Of a stretch of 64,000 bases of DNA, positions 1-8,223 are shown in pieces. Location of the stretch: assembly GCA_963839115.1 (NCBI GenBank), contig CAWITM010000001.1, positions 1,062,196 through 1,126,195 of the forward strand. Direction: 5' to 3'. Positions within the stretch are counted from its first letter, which is position 1; each line of letters begins with the position of its first letter. Under the pieces are notes generated by a model. The model saw nothing but the letters and a program-made list of their open reading frames with translations. It made no database searches and was not told where the DNA came from. The DNA comes from an uncultured Actinomycetes bacterium (GTDB lineage: Bacteria > Actinomycetota > Thermoleophilia > Solirubrobacterales > 70-9). The translations under genes were made by a program, and so were the position numbers.

Positions 1-433
1 GCAGGCCGACGAGCTGCTCGCCGAGCTGCGGCGGGCGAAAGAGGAGCTCGGGGTCGAGGGCGGCGGCCCGGCGCCTGGCCAGACTCGCCTCAGCGAGCCG
101 GCCAACGGCTTCGGCGGCGACCCGGCCTCGCGCAAGTCGCATCTGACCGCCGTGACCTTCGTCGAGCCAGCCGCCGAGCCGCCGCAGGCGCCGAAACCGG
201 TCGCCGGCTCTCCGCTGGCCGCCTCGCCGGCCGACGCCGCGGACGACCGCCCTGCCGAGCTCCCCCCGGAAGACCTCCGGACCCCCGCCGGGGCGCGCCT
301 GCTGGCGACCCAGATGGCGGTCTCGGGCTCCTCGCGCCGGGAAATCGATCAGCGGCTGCGCAGCGGCTTTGAAATCGACGACACCGCGCCGATCCTCGAT
401 GCGATCCTCGGCCCCGAACCGGAGGCGTCATGA
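1..433 (+). CDS. 3' part of a gene entering from upstream; hypothetical protein (coiled-coil-like stretch, Ala/Pro-rich linker, ~45-aa helical C-terminal module)
   Basis: Frame 2 is open from nt 2 to TGA 431-433 (QADELLAELRRAKEEL...). The tracked ORF 152..433 is only an internal GTG of it. GC3-rich codon usage; no family recognised. Confidence 0.45.
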   Translation, partial: QADELLAELRRAKEELGVEGGGPAPGQTRLSEPANGFGGDPASRKSHLTAVTFVEPAAEPPQAPKPVAGSPLAASPADAADDRPAELPPEDLRTPAGARLLATQMAVSGSSRREIDQRLRSGFEIDDTAPILDAILGPEPEAS

Positions 434-452
434 CCGCGGGGCGAGAGCAACG

Positions 453-932
453 GTGAACGAGGATCCGACGCGGATGATGCGCTACCCCGACGACGAGCGG
501 CCGCGCGGGCGCTTGGGCGGCAGCGGCGGCTCCGGCGGCCAGCGCCCGCACGGCAACGTCCGGCTGCTGATCGCCGGGCTGATCGCGGTGATCGTCGGCC
601 TCTTCATCGCCGTGCTCGTCCTCGCCGGCAGCGGGGGATCGAGCACGACCACCACGACCACGGTGACCAAAGAAGTCACCGCCCCGCAGACCGGCGGTGA
701 AGGGACGAAATCCGGAGAAGAAGCCGAAGAAGGAGAAGAAGCCGAAGGCAGTGGCGGCCTCGAACCCTCCGAAGAAGAAGAAAGCGGCGGCCTCGAACCG
801 TCGGAAGAAATCGAAGGCACCCTCGAAGAAATCGAAACCGAAGAAGAACCCCCGATCGAAGAAGAAAGCGGCGGGGTCGAAGGCGCCGGCGGGGTCGAAG
901 AAGAAGAAGGCGGCGGGGTCGAAGTCCCCTGA
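453..932 (+). CDS. Single-pass membrane protein with Thr run and Glu/Gly-rich acidic repeat domain (hypothetical)
   Basis: In-frame GTG 453 or ATG 474 lies just after the upstream stop. One hydrophobic helix (LLIAGLIAVIVGLFIAVLVLAG), then TTTTTT and repeated SGGLEPSEE(E/I)E units. The tracked start 369 overlaps the upstream gene and is unlikely. Confidence 0.5.
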   Translation: MNEDPTRMMRYPDDERPRGRLGGSGGSGGQRPHGNVRLLIAGLIAVIVGLFIAVLVLAGSGGSSTTTTTTVTKEVTAPQTGGEGTKSGEEAEEGEEAEGSGGLEPSEEEESGGLEPSEEIEGTLEEIETEEEPPIEEESGGVEGAGGVEEEEGGGVEVP

Positions 933-934
933 CG

Positions 935-2245
935 ATGCCCGCCGACCCCAGTCAACACGCGCGCCCGACGGCAAGCTACGAGGCCGATCCCGCCGACGTC
1001 CACCGTGTCCTGCTGCTCTATTCGGGCGGCCTCGACACCAGCGTGATGCTGAAGTGGATCCAGGACTCCTACGCGGCCGAGGTCGTCACCCTGACCGTCA
1101 ACCTCGGCCAACCGGGCGAGGACTACGGGGTGATCGAAGACAAGGCCAAGCGGCTCGGCGCGGTCGAGTGCCATGTCGTCGACGCCCGCGAGCAGTTCGC
1201 CGCCGAGTTCCTCGCCCCGGCGATCAAGGCCAACGCCGTCTACGGCAACGGCTACCCGCTCTTCACGGCGCTTGGCAGGCCGCTGATCGCCCAGCTGGCC
1301 GTCGAGTACGCCCGGGGGTCCGGCTGCGACACGATCGCCCACGGCTGCACCGGCAAGGGCAACGACCAGGTGCGGATCGAGGCGACGGTGGCGACGCTGG
1401 CGCCGGAGCTGAAGACGATCGCGCCGGTGCGCTCCTGGGAGATGGGGCGCGAGGAGGAGATCGCCTACGCCCGCGAGCACGGCATCCCGATCAAGGGCGG
1501 CGCCGAGGTGACGCCGTACTCGATCGATGACAACCTCTGGGGGCGCTCCTCGGAGGGTCGCTGGATCGAGGACCTCGAGCACGCGCCCGAGGACGACGTC
1601 TTCCAGCTGGTCACCCGACCCGAGCTGGCGCCCGACGAGGCGCAGACCGTGACGATCGGCTTCGAGGCCGGGCTGCCGGTGACGCTCGACGGCGAGCGCC
1701 TCGGCCTCGTCGATCTGCTCGAACGGGCGGCCGAGATCGGCTGCCGCCACGGGGTCGGGATCGTCGACCACATCGAGGACCGGATCGTCGGCCTCAAGGT
1801 CCGTGACATCTACGAGGTGCCGGCGGCGGCGCTGATCCTGACCGCGCACGAGGAGCTCGAGCGCCTGGTCGGCACGATCCACCAGAACCAGTTCAAGCCG
1901 CCGATGGACCAGAAGTGGGGCTACCTCGTGTATGCCGGACTGTGGTGGGAGCCGCTGCGCAGCGACCTCGACGCCTACATGGACGCGGTCAACGCGCAGG
2001 TGACCGGGGAGATCGGGCTGAAGCTCTACAAGGGCAGCGTCCGGGTGGTGACGCGCTCCTCACCGAACGCCGTCTACGACGCCTCGCTGGCCAGTTTCGA
2101 CCAGTCCGGCGGGCTCTTCTCGCAGACCGCCTCGCCAGGCTTCATCGAGCTGTGGTCGCTGCAGTCGCGGATGGCCCACCGGCTGCGCGAGCGCGCCACC
2201 GCCGGCACCGGGGCCGCCAACGCGAGCGGGGAGGAGGGCCGGTGA
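935..2245 (+). CDS. argG: Argininosuccinate synthase
   Basis: 436 aa with ATP-pyrophosphatase motif LLYSGGLDTS and HGCTGKGNDQVR. Full-length resemblance to ArgG. Confidence 0.95.
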   Translation: MPADPSQHARPTASYEADPADVHRVLLLYSGGLDTSVMLKWIQDSYAAEVVTLTVNLGQPGEDYGVIEDKAKRLGAVECHVVDAREQFAAEFLAPAIKANAVYGNGYPLFTALGRPLIAQLAVEYARGSGCDTIAHGCTGKGNDQVRIEATVATLAPELKTIAPVRSWEMGREEEIAYAREHGIPIKGGAEVTPYSIDDNLWGRSSEGRWIEDLEHAPEDDVFQLVTRPELAPDEAQTVTIGFEAGLPVTLDGERLGLVDLLERAAEIGCRHGVGIVDHIEDRIVGLKVRDIYEVPAAALILTAHEELERLVGTIHQNQFKPPMDQKWGYLVYAGLWWEPLRSDLDAYMDAVNAQVTGEIGLKLYKGSVRVVTRSSPNAVYDASLASFDQSGGLFSQTASPGFIELWSLQSRMAHRLRERATAGTGAANASGEEGR

Positions 2246-2397
2246 TCCAGGAGAAGCTCGGCCGCGCCGCGGTCAGGTACGGCGCGCGCTACCTGCGGGT
2301 CCGCTATCGCCGCGAGATCAGGATCGGCCTCGGCGTCACCGCGCTGCTCGTCGCGGTCGTCGTCGCGCGCGCCGCAAGGCACGTCCCCGAGGGCTAG
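2242..2397 (+). CDS. Possible 51-aa small membrane protein coupled to argG
   Basis: GTG 2242 overlaps the argG stop (GTGA). Arg-rich N-terminus followed by one hydrophobic helix (IGLGVTALLVAVVVA). The short length makes this weak. Confidence 0.3.
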   Translation: MIQEKLGRAAVRYGARYLRVRYRREIRIGLGVTALLVAVVVARAARHVPEG

Positions 2398-2416
2398 GCC
2401 ACGCCAACCCCTGGCG

Positions 2417-2468
2417 CTCTGCGTCTGAGTTTAGGTGCCATATACGGCCGGAAAACTCAGACGCAGAG
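2417..2468 (+). other. Perfect 16-bp hairpin (ctctgcgtctgagttt / aaactcagacgcagag, 20-nt loop); argG-operon terminator or part of a structured 5' leader of the downstream cell-wall hydrolase gene
   Basis: Arms read directly from the sequence. Lower GC than surroundings, no U-tract. Lies in the 151-nt gap 2398..2548. Confidence 0.55.
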
Positions 2469-2548
2469 GGTAGTCGGCGCAACTTCCCTTGCCGCTTATC
2501 GTCAACTCGTGAGGATGCGCACGGGCGGCCGCTAGCCTCGGTCGCCTG

Positions 2549-3619
2549 GTGGCGCCGGGACGGGTCAAAACCAAGCTGCTCGGACTCGGCTGCACGGCCG
2601 CGCTGCTGTGCGGGCTGTCGGTGGGCGTGCTCGTCCTCGTGCCGAGCGCCGGCGCGACCGGCCGTGGCGCGCTCGAAGGCAAGCTGGCGGGCGCCCGCGA
2701 AGAAGCCGGCGGGATCGCCGCCGGCCTGCAGGAAAGCCAGGCCGCGCTGGCCAGCGCCGAAGCTGAAGCCGCGCAGGCCGAAGCGCACGAGGAACGGCTG
2801 TCCGGGCTGCTCGCCGAAGGCGAGGAACGCGAAGCCGAGCTGAGCGCCAGGGTCGATGCGACGCGACGCCACCTGGCCGCCGAGAAGGCGCGGCTGGGGC
2901 GGGCGCGGACGGCATTGGCCGAACGACTGGTGGCGATCTATGAGAACGGCACCCCCGACACGGCGACGCTGATCTTCAGCTCTGGCGATCTCCAGGAACT
3001 GCAGACCCGGGCGACCTATCTGCGCCAGATCTCCGAATCCGACACCGCGCTGGCGGAACGGGTTGCCGAAGTCCGCGACTCGGTCCACCACGAGGTCAGG
3101 GTCGTGTCGGCGCTGCGGGCGCGGGCGGTCGCCTACGACGCACGCCTGGCGGCGGCGCGGGCGGAAATCGCCGCGGTGCGCGAAGCGGCGGCGGCCTCGG
3201 CGGCCCGCCTGGCCGCCATCGCCGGCGAACGCGAAGCGGCGCTGGCGACTCTGAAATCAGACATCTCCGAATGGGTCGGCGAGGTCAAGCAGATCAAGGC
3301 CGAGGAAGCGAAGGCGGCACGCGAAGCGGCGGCCAGCGAAGCGGCGGCGGAAGCCGAAGCCCAGGAAGAAGTCGGGCGCTGGCTCGGCGGCCCCTACTCG
3401 ATCCCGACCTACATCGTGATGTGCGAGTCCGGCGGCAACTACAGCGCCCTCAACCCCTCGAGCGGCGCCGGCGGCGCCTACCAGGTGCTGCCCTCGACCT
3501 GGGAACTCTACGGCGGCCAGGGCGAACCCCAGAACGCCCCGAAAGCCGAACAGGACCGGATCGCCGGCGAAATCTGGGCCGACTCCGGCTCCAGTGCCTG
3601 GGTCTGCGGCTCCTTGTAG
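2549..3619 (+). CDS. Secreted coiled-coil protein with C-terminal Rpf/Sps-like lytic transglycosylase domain
   Basis: GTG start followed by a signal peptide (LLGLGCTAALLCGLSVGVLVLVPSAGA). About 250 aa of Ala/Glu/Arg coiled coil. C-terminal CESGGNYSALNPSSGAGGAYQVLPSTW...AWVCG matches the resuscitation-promoting-factor-type transglycosylase signature. Confidence 0.8.
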   Translation: MAPGRVKTKLLGLGCTAALLCGLSVGVLVLVPSAGATGRGALEGKLAGAREEAGGIAAGLQESQAALASAEAEAAQAEAHEERLSGLLAEGEEREAELSARVDATRRHLAAEKARLGRARTALAERLVAIYENGTPDTATLIFSSGDLQELQTRATYLRQISESDTALAERVAEVRDSVHHEVRVVSALRARAVAYDARLAAARAEIAAVREAAAASAARLAAIAGEREAALATLKSDISEWVGEVKQIKAEEAKAAREAAASEAAAEAEAQEEVGRWLGGPYSIPTYIVMCESGGNYSALNPSSGAGGAYQVLPSTWELYGGQGEPQNAPKAEQDRIAGEIWADSGSSAWVCGSL

Positions 3620-3710
3620 AGTCGCGCCGCGCCGTCGCCGCCGGGCTCAGGGCGCCTCCACAGAGATTTTCCACTCCGGTGCGAGAGATGTAACTTTCGT
3701 CGCGCCACAG

Positions 3711-3739
3711 TAGACAAAAAGTTGCCTACGCTCTATTAC
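3711..3739 (+). promoter_or_regulatory. Putative promoter: TAGACA, 17-nt spacer, TATTAC, giving a leaderless or near-leaderless mRNA
   Basis: -35-like box at 3711-3716 and -10-like box at 3734-3739, in an unusually AT-rich gap. ATGs follow at 3740 and 3749. Confidence 0.4.
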
Positions 3740-3748
3740 ATGGAGACG

Positions 3749-4093
3749 ATGGCGAGAGAGTCCTGGACCGACGAGCGCCTCGACGACCTGTCGAAGCGAG
3801 TCGATGGGGGCTTCCGCGAGCTGAAGGCCGATATGCGGACCGAATTCGCGTCGGTGCGCGCGGAGATCGGCGGCGTCAGGACCGAGTTGGGCGCGCAGAT
3901 CGGTGGTGTCCGCGCGGAGATCGGCGGCGTGCGGACCGAGTTGAGCAAGCAGATCGGCGGTGTGCGTGCGGAGATCGGCGGCCTGCGAGGGGAGATCGCC
4001 TCTCTCCAGAGAACCCTGATCATCGGCTTCTTCGGGGTCATCGCCAGTATTTTCGGCGCAGTTGTCGCCGCAATCGTCGGCCACGCCCTCTGA
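3749..4093 (+). CDS. Tail-anchored small protein with tandem IGGVRAE/IGGVRTEL repeats (hypothetical)
   Basis: ATG 3749 (alternative ATG 3740; the tracked TTG 3722 is unlikely). Repeat VRAEIGGVRTELxxQIGG occurs about 2.9 times. C-terminal TM helix LIIGFFGVIASIFGAVVAAIVG. Confidence 0.65.
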   Translation: MARESWTDERLDDLSKRVDGGFRELKADMRTEFASVRAEIGGVRTELGAQIGGVRAEIGGVRTELSKQIGGVRAEIGGLRGEIASLQRTLIIGFFGVIASIFGAVVAAIVGHAL

Positions 4094-4170
4094 GCGGTAA
4101 CCGGACCTCGGATTTAGCGGCGAAGCCCCGCCTTGCCATCTGGCCCGGTTGGCATGATCGGAGACCGCCG

Positions 4171-7100
4171 ATGAGCAACCCCGCCGCCGTCCATCTCCAC
4201 GCCCACAGCGAGTACTCGCTGCTCGACGGCGCCTGCAAGATCGACGCGATGGCGGCACGGGCGGCGGCGCTCGGGCAGCCGGCTCTGGGCCTGACCGACC
4301 ACGGCGTGATGAACGGCGCCGTCGACCTCTACAAGGCCGCCAAGAAGCACGGGATCAAGCCGATCGTCGGGCTCGAGGCCTACCTGGTCGAGGACCGCCA
4401 CGCGATCAAGGAGCAGACCCGGTACGAGCGCAACCACATCACCCTGCTGGCCGAAAGCGACAAGGGCTACGCGAACCTCGTGCAGCTGACCTCGACCGGC
4501 TTCCTCGAGGGCTTCTCGCGCGGCAAGGCCAACGTCGACATGGAGCTGCTGGCGCGCCACTCGGAGGGCGTCATCGTGCTCTCCGGCTGCCTGCAGTCGC
4601 GCTTCTGCCGGCGCCTGGTGGAAGAGCGCCGGGAGGACGCCCGCGCCCACGCCGACGAGCTGATCCAGGCGTTCGGCGCCGACCAGGTCTATTTCGAGGT
4701 CCAGAAAAACGGGATCGCCGACCAAGACAAGGCCAATGAGGGGATCGTGCGGATCGCCCGCGAGGTCGGCCGGCCGGTGGTCGGCACCGCCGACGTCCAC
4801 TACCTGACCCGCGAGGACTTCAACAACCACGCGGCGCTGCTGTGTGTGCAGACGAAGTCGACGCTGGAAGCGCCGAAGATGAGCTTCGACACCAACGAGT
4901 TCTACATCAAGAGCTCCGAGGAAATGCACGAGTCCTTCGCCGAGTGGCCCGAGGCGGTGCCGACCTCGCTCGAGATCGCCGAGCGCTGCTCGCTGGAGAT
5001 CGAGCTCGGCAGCCTGCTGCTGCCGCGCTACCCGACCGCGGACGGCGAGGAGCCGGAGGTGATGCTGCGGCGGATCGCCACCGAGGGCCTGCGCGAGCGC
5101 TACGGCGACCCGGTCCCGGCCGAGGCGGTCGAGCGGATGGAGTTCGAGCTCGGGGTGATCGAAGAGATGGGCTTCCCGTCCTACTTCCTGATCGTCTGGG
5201 ACTTCGTCCGCTACGCCAAGGAAAACGGCGTCGCCGTCGGCCCTGGGCGTGGTTCGGCGGCTGGCTCGATCGTCGCCTACATCCTCAAGATCACCGACCT
5301 CGATCCGCTCGCCGAAGGCCTGATCTTCGAGCGCTTCCTCAACCCAGGTCGCAAATCGATGCCGGATATCGACATCGACTTCTCGGTCCGCGGCCGCGAG
5401 CGGATGATTCGATATGTGGCCGACAAATACGGTCGCGAATCGGTCGCCCAGATCATCACCTTCGGCAAGATGGCGCCACGTGCGGCGACCCGCGACGCGG
5501 CCCGCGTGCTCGGCTTCGACTACGCCACCGGCGACCGCCTGGCCAAGCAGATCCCGGAGCCGATCATGGGCCGCAGCCCGTCCTTCGCCGAGTGCCTGAA
5601 GCCGGGGCAGGAGTTGAAACGGACCTACGACGAGGACGCCGACGCGCGCAAAGTCATCGACGTCGCACAGGGGCTCGAGGGGATCATCCGCAACAACTCG
5701 ATCCACGCCGCCGCGGTCGTGATCTCCGATCGGCCGCTGCAGCAGGTGGTGCCGCTGCAGCTGGCCGAGGACAAGACCGCGCCGACGGTGGCGAACACCA
5801 ACGGGTCCGGCAAAGCCGAGCGCCAGTACAAGATCGTGACCCAGTACTCGATGGGCCCGATCGAGGAGCTCGGCCTGCTGAAGATGGACTTCCTCGGCCT
5901 TCGCAACCTCGACGTGATCGAGGACGCGATCGACATCATCCGCCGCTCGCGCGGCGAGGAGATCGTCATGGACGAGCTGCCGATCGACGACGCCAAGACC
6001 TACGCGATGCTGGCCAAGGGCGACTCGACCGGCGTCTTCCAGTTCGAGTCCGAGGGGATGCGCGACGCGCTGCGGCGGGTCAAACCGACCGAGTTCGCCG
6101 ACGTGGTCGCGCTCGGCGCCCTCTACCGGCCCGGCGCGATGGCCTACATACCCGCCTACGCCAAGGGCAAGAAGGACCCCTCGACGGTGCGCTACCCGGA
6201 CCCGCGCCTGCGCGCGATCACCGAGGAGACCCACGGCTGTGTCATCTATCAGGAGCAGTTGATGGAGATCTCGCGCTCGATGGCCGGCTTCACCGGCGCC
6301 GAGGCGGACGATCTGCGCAAGGCGATCGGCAAGAAGAAGCGCGAGCTGATGGCGACGATGAAGGACAAATTCATGCAGGGGCTGAAGGAATCCAACACCG
6401 CCCCCAACGTCGCCGCCGACCTCTGGAAGCTGAACGAAGCCGCCGCCGACTATTCCTTCAACAAGTCCCACGCCGCCTGTTACGGGCTGATCTCCTACCG
6501 CACCGCCTACCTCAAGGCCAACTACCCGGCCGAGTACATGGCGGCGGTGATCTCCTCGGTGATGAACACCAAAGACAAGGTGCCGTTCTTCGTCAACCGC
6601 TGCGCGGAGATGGGGATCGACGTCCTGCCGCCCGACGTCAACGAGTCCGACCACAGCTTCGTCGTCTACGAGAACGCGATCCGCTTCGGCCTCGACGCCG
6701 TCAAGAACGTCGGCCACTCGGCGGTCGAGGCGATCCTGCGGGCGCGCGCCGACGCGCCGATCGCCTCGATCTGGGACTTCTGCGAGCGGGTCGATTCCCG
6801 CGCGGTGAACAAACGCGCGATCGAATGCCTGATCAAGTGCGGCGCCCTCGACTCGACCGAGGCCACCCGGCGGGGGATGCTGGAGATCCTGCCGGCGGCC
6901 CAGTCGGCAGGCCAGAAGTCCCAGGAGGACGCGCAGATGGGCCAGGGCTCGATCTTCGACTTCGGCGACGACGCCGGTGCCGCCCAGGCCCAGACCTCCC
7001 AGCACCGGCCGCCGATCTCATCGGCCGAGTTCGATCGCCGCGAGTTGCTGGCGATGGAGAAGGAGACGCTCGGCACCTATCTCTCCTCGCACCCGCTGAC

Positions 7101-7704
7101 CGAAGTCGGGCCGGCACTGCGGGCGCGGGTCGATTGCTCGATCTCGGCTCTGGGCTCGAAGCCGGACGGCGCCTGGGTGACGGTCGGCGGGATCGTGGTC
7201 GACTGCAAGAAGATCCGCACCAAGAGCGGCAGCCAGATGATGTTCGCAACCCTCGACGACGTCGAGGGTCAGGTCGAGATGCTGGTCTTCAAGGCCGACG
7301 AGGCCGAGAGCGCCCAGGTAATCGCCCCCGACGCGATCGTCCTCGTGCGCGGCCGCCTCGATCACAAGGACCGCGGTGAGACCAAGCTCGTCGTCCAGGA
7401 GGCGACCCGCTTCGAACCCGACAGCGAGGAGATCGCCAGCGCCGCCAGCAAGGTGACGCCGATCGCCGGCGGCCCCTTCAAGCTGCCGCTCGCCGACACC
7501 CGCTGCCTGCAGGATCCCGGCGTGCTGGCGGAACTGAAGTCGCTCTTCGAGGAGCACAAGGGCGAGGCCGACGTCCACCTCGTCGTCCAGACCAGCGAGG
7601 GTCAGAAGACGCTGTGCTTCGGCAACGGCTATCGGGTCCAGCCGTCGCCCAACCTCCGCTACGAGATCGGGCAGTTGCTGGGCCCCGGCGCACTCGCCGC
7701 TTGA
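4171..7704 (+). CDS. dnaE: DNA polymerase III alpha subunit
   Basis: 1177 aa with N-terminal PHP motif HLHAHSEYSLLDG. Polymerase core and C-terminal OB-fold region are typical of DnaE; no intein-sized insertion. Confidence 0.97.
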   Translation: MSNPAAVHLHAHSEYSLLDGACKIDAMAARAAALGQPALGLTDHGVMNGAVDLYKAAKKHGIKPIVGLEAYLVEDRHAIKEQTRYERNHITLLAESDKGYANLVQLTSTGFLEGFSRGKANVDMELLARHSEGVIVLSGCLQSRFCRRLVEERREDARAHADELIQAFGADQVYFEVQKNGIADQDKANEGIVRIAREVGRPVVGTADVHYLTREDFNNHAALLCVQTKSTLEAPKMSFDTNEFYIKSSEEMHESFAEWPEAVPTSLEIAERCSLEIELGSLLLPRYPTADGEEPEVMLRRIATEGLRERYGDPVPAEAVERMEFELGVIEEMGFPSYFLIVWDFVRYAKENGVAVGPGRGSAAGSIVAYILKITDLDPLAEGLIFERFLNPGRKSMPDIDIDFSVRGRERMIRYVADKYGRESVAQIITFGKMAPRAATRDAARVLGFDYATGDRLAKQIPEPIMGRSPSFAECLKPGQELKRTYDEDADARKVIDVAQGLEGIIRNNSIHAAAVVISDRPLQQVVPLQLAEDKTAPTVANTNGSGKAERQYKIVTQYSMGPIEELGLLKMDFLGLRNLDVIEDAIDIIRRSRGEEIVMDELPIDDAKTYAMLAKGDSTGVFQFESEGMRDALRRVKPTEFADVVALGALYRPGAMAYIPAYAKGKKDPSTVRYPDPRLRAITEETHGCVIYQEQLMEISRSMAGFTGAEADDLRKAIGKKKRELMATMKDKFMQGLKESNTAPNVAADLWKLNEAAADYSFNKSHAACYGLISYRTAYLKANYPAEYMAAVISSVMNTKDKVPFFVNRCAEMGIDVLPPDVNESDHSFVVYENAIRFGLDAVKNVGHSAVEAILRARADAPIASIWDFCERVDSRAVNKRAIECLIKCGALDSTEATRRGMLEILPAAQSAGQKSQEDAQMGQGSIFDFGDDAGAAQAQTSQHRPPISSAEFDRRELLAMEKETLGTYLSSHPLTEVGPALRARVDCSISALGSKPDGAWVTVGGIVVDCKKIRTKSGSQMMFATLDDVEGQVEMLVFKADEAESAQVIAPDAIVLVRGRLDHKDRGETKLVVQEATRFEPDSEEIASAASKVTPIAGGPFKLPLADTRCLQDPGVLAELKSLFEEHKGEADVHLVVQTSEGQKTLCFGNGYRVQPSPNLRYEIGQLLGPGALAA

Positions 7705-7753
7705 GAAGCGCAAACCGCTTGGTTCCGCGGTCCCGGCTCCCTAGACTTACCGA

Positions 7754-8128
7754 ATGACCGCCACCCGAACCGAGCTCGGCGAGTGCCGGCAGTGCCGCTC
7801 CTTCTGCGACAAGATGATCGAGCCGCGCAGCTGCATCGAGCTTGGCTGCAAGTTCGTCTACAGCCACGTCGACCACTTCACCGGCCGCCAGTACGTCGGC
7901 TGCATGCAGGGGGTCTACGGGGCCGAGGTCGATCTCGCCGCGGTCCAGGAAAAGGGCGGCTTCGGCGGCGTCAAGATGACCGGGGAACCGCTGCCGCACT
8001 GCCCCTTCTCGGTTGAGCAGGCCTACGAGGGCGATGGCGAGTCATACGGCTGCGTCAACCGCCGCTTCTTCGACTGCACCGACGACGGCACCGAGGGCAT
8101 GCGTGCCTTCGATCTGCGCGACATCTAG
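7754..8128 (+). CDS. Cysteine-rich 124-aa hypothetical protein
   Basis: Good codon bias. Nine Cys including CRQCRSFC and CIELGC, with no TM helix or signal peptide. Family not recognised. Confidence 0.6.
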   Translation: MTATRTELGECRQCRSFCDKMIEPRSCIELGCKFVYSHVDHFTGRQYVGCMQGVYGAEVDLAAVQEKGGFGGVKMTGEPLPHCPFSVEQAYEGDGESYGCVNRRFFDCTDDGTEGMRAFDLRDI

Positions 8129-8223
8129 CGCGCCCCCCGCACTTTCGAGGACCGGCGCGGCCCGCTCGCGACTCCGCGCGTTCCGCTCGAATAACTACAT
8201 GGATTCGTGTAGGATGCCGGCCC

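Noticed and set aside
4114-7005. 963-aa ORF on the minus strand (and the 845-aa plus-strand alternate-frame ORF 4842..7379) inside dnaE
   Set aside because: Both are entirely antisense or out of frame to an unambiguous dnaE. The translations are Arg/Gly/Ala/Asp-rich low-complexity sequence, typical of stop-poor frames in GC-rich DNA. No motifs.
8194-8212. Small inverted repeat ctaca-tggattcg-tgtag upstream of the acyl-CoA dehydrogenase gene as a TetR-type operator
   Set aside because: The arms are only 5 bp and no adjacent regulator gene is present. It is kept only as context for the TAGGAT -10 box.
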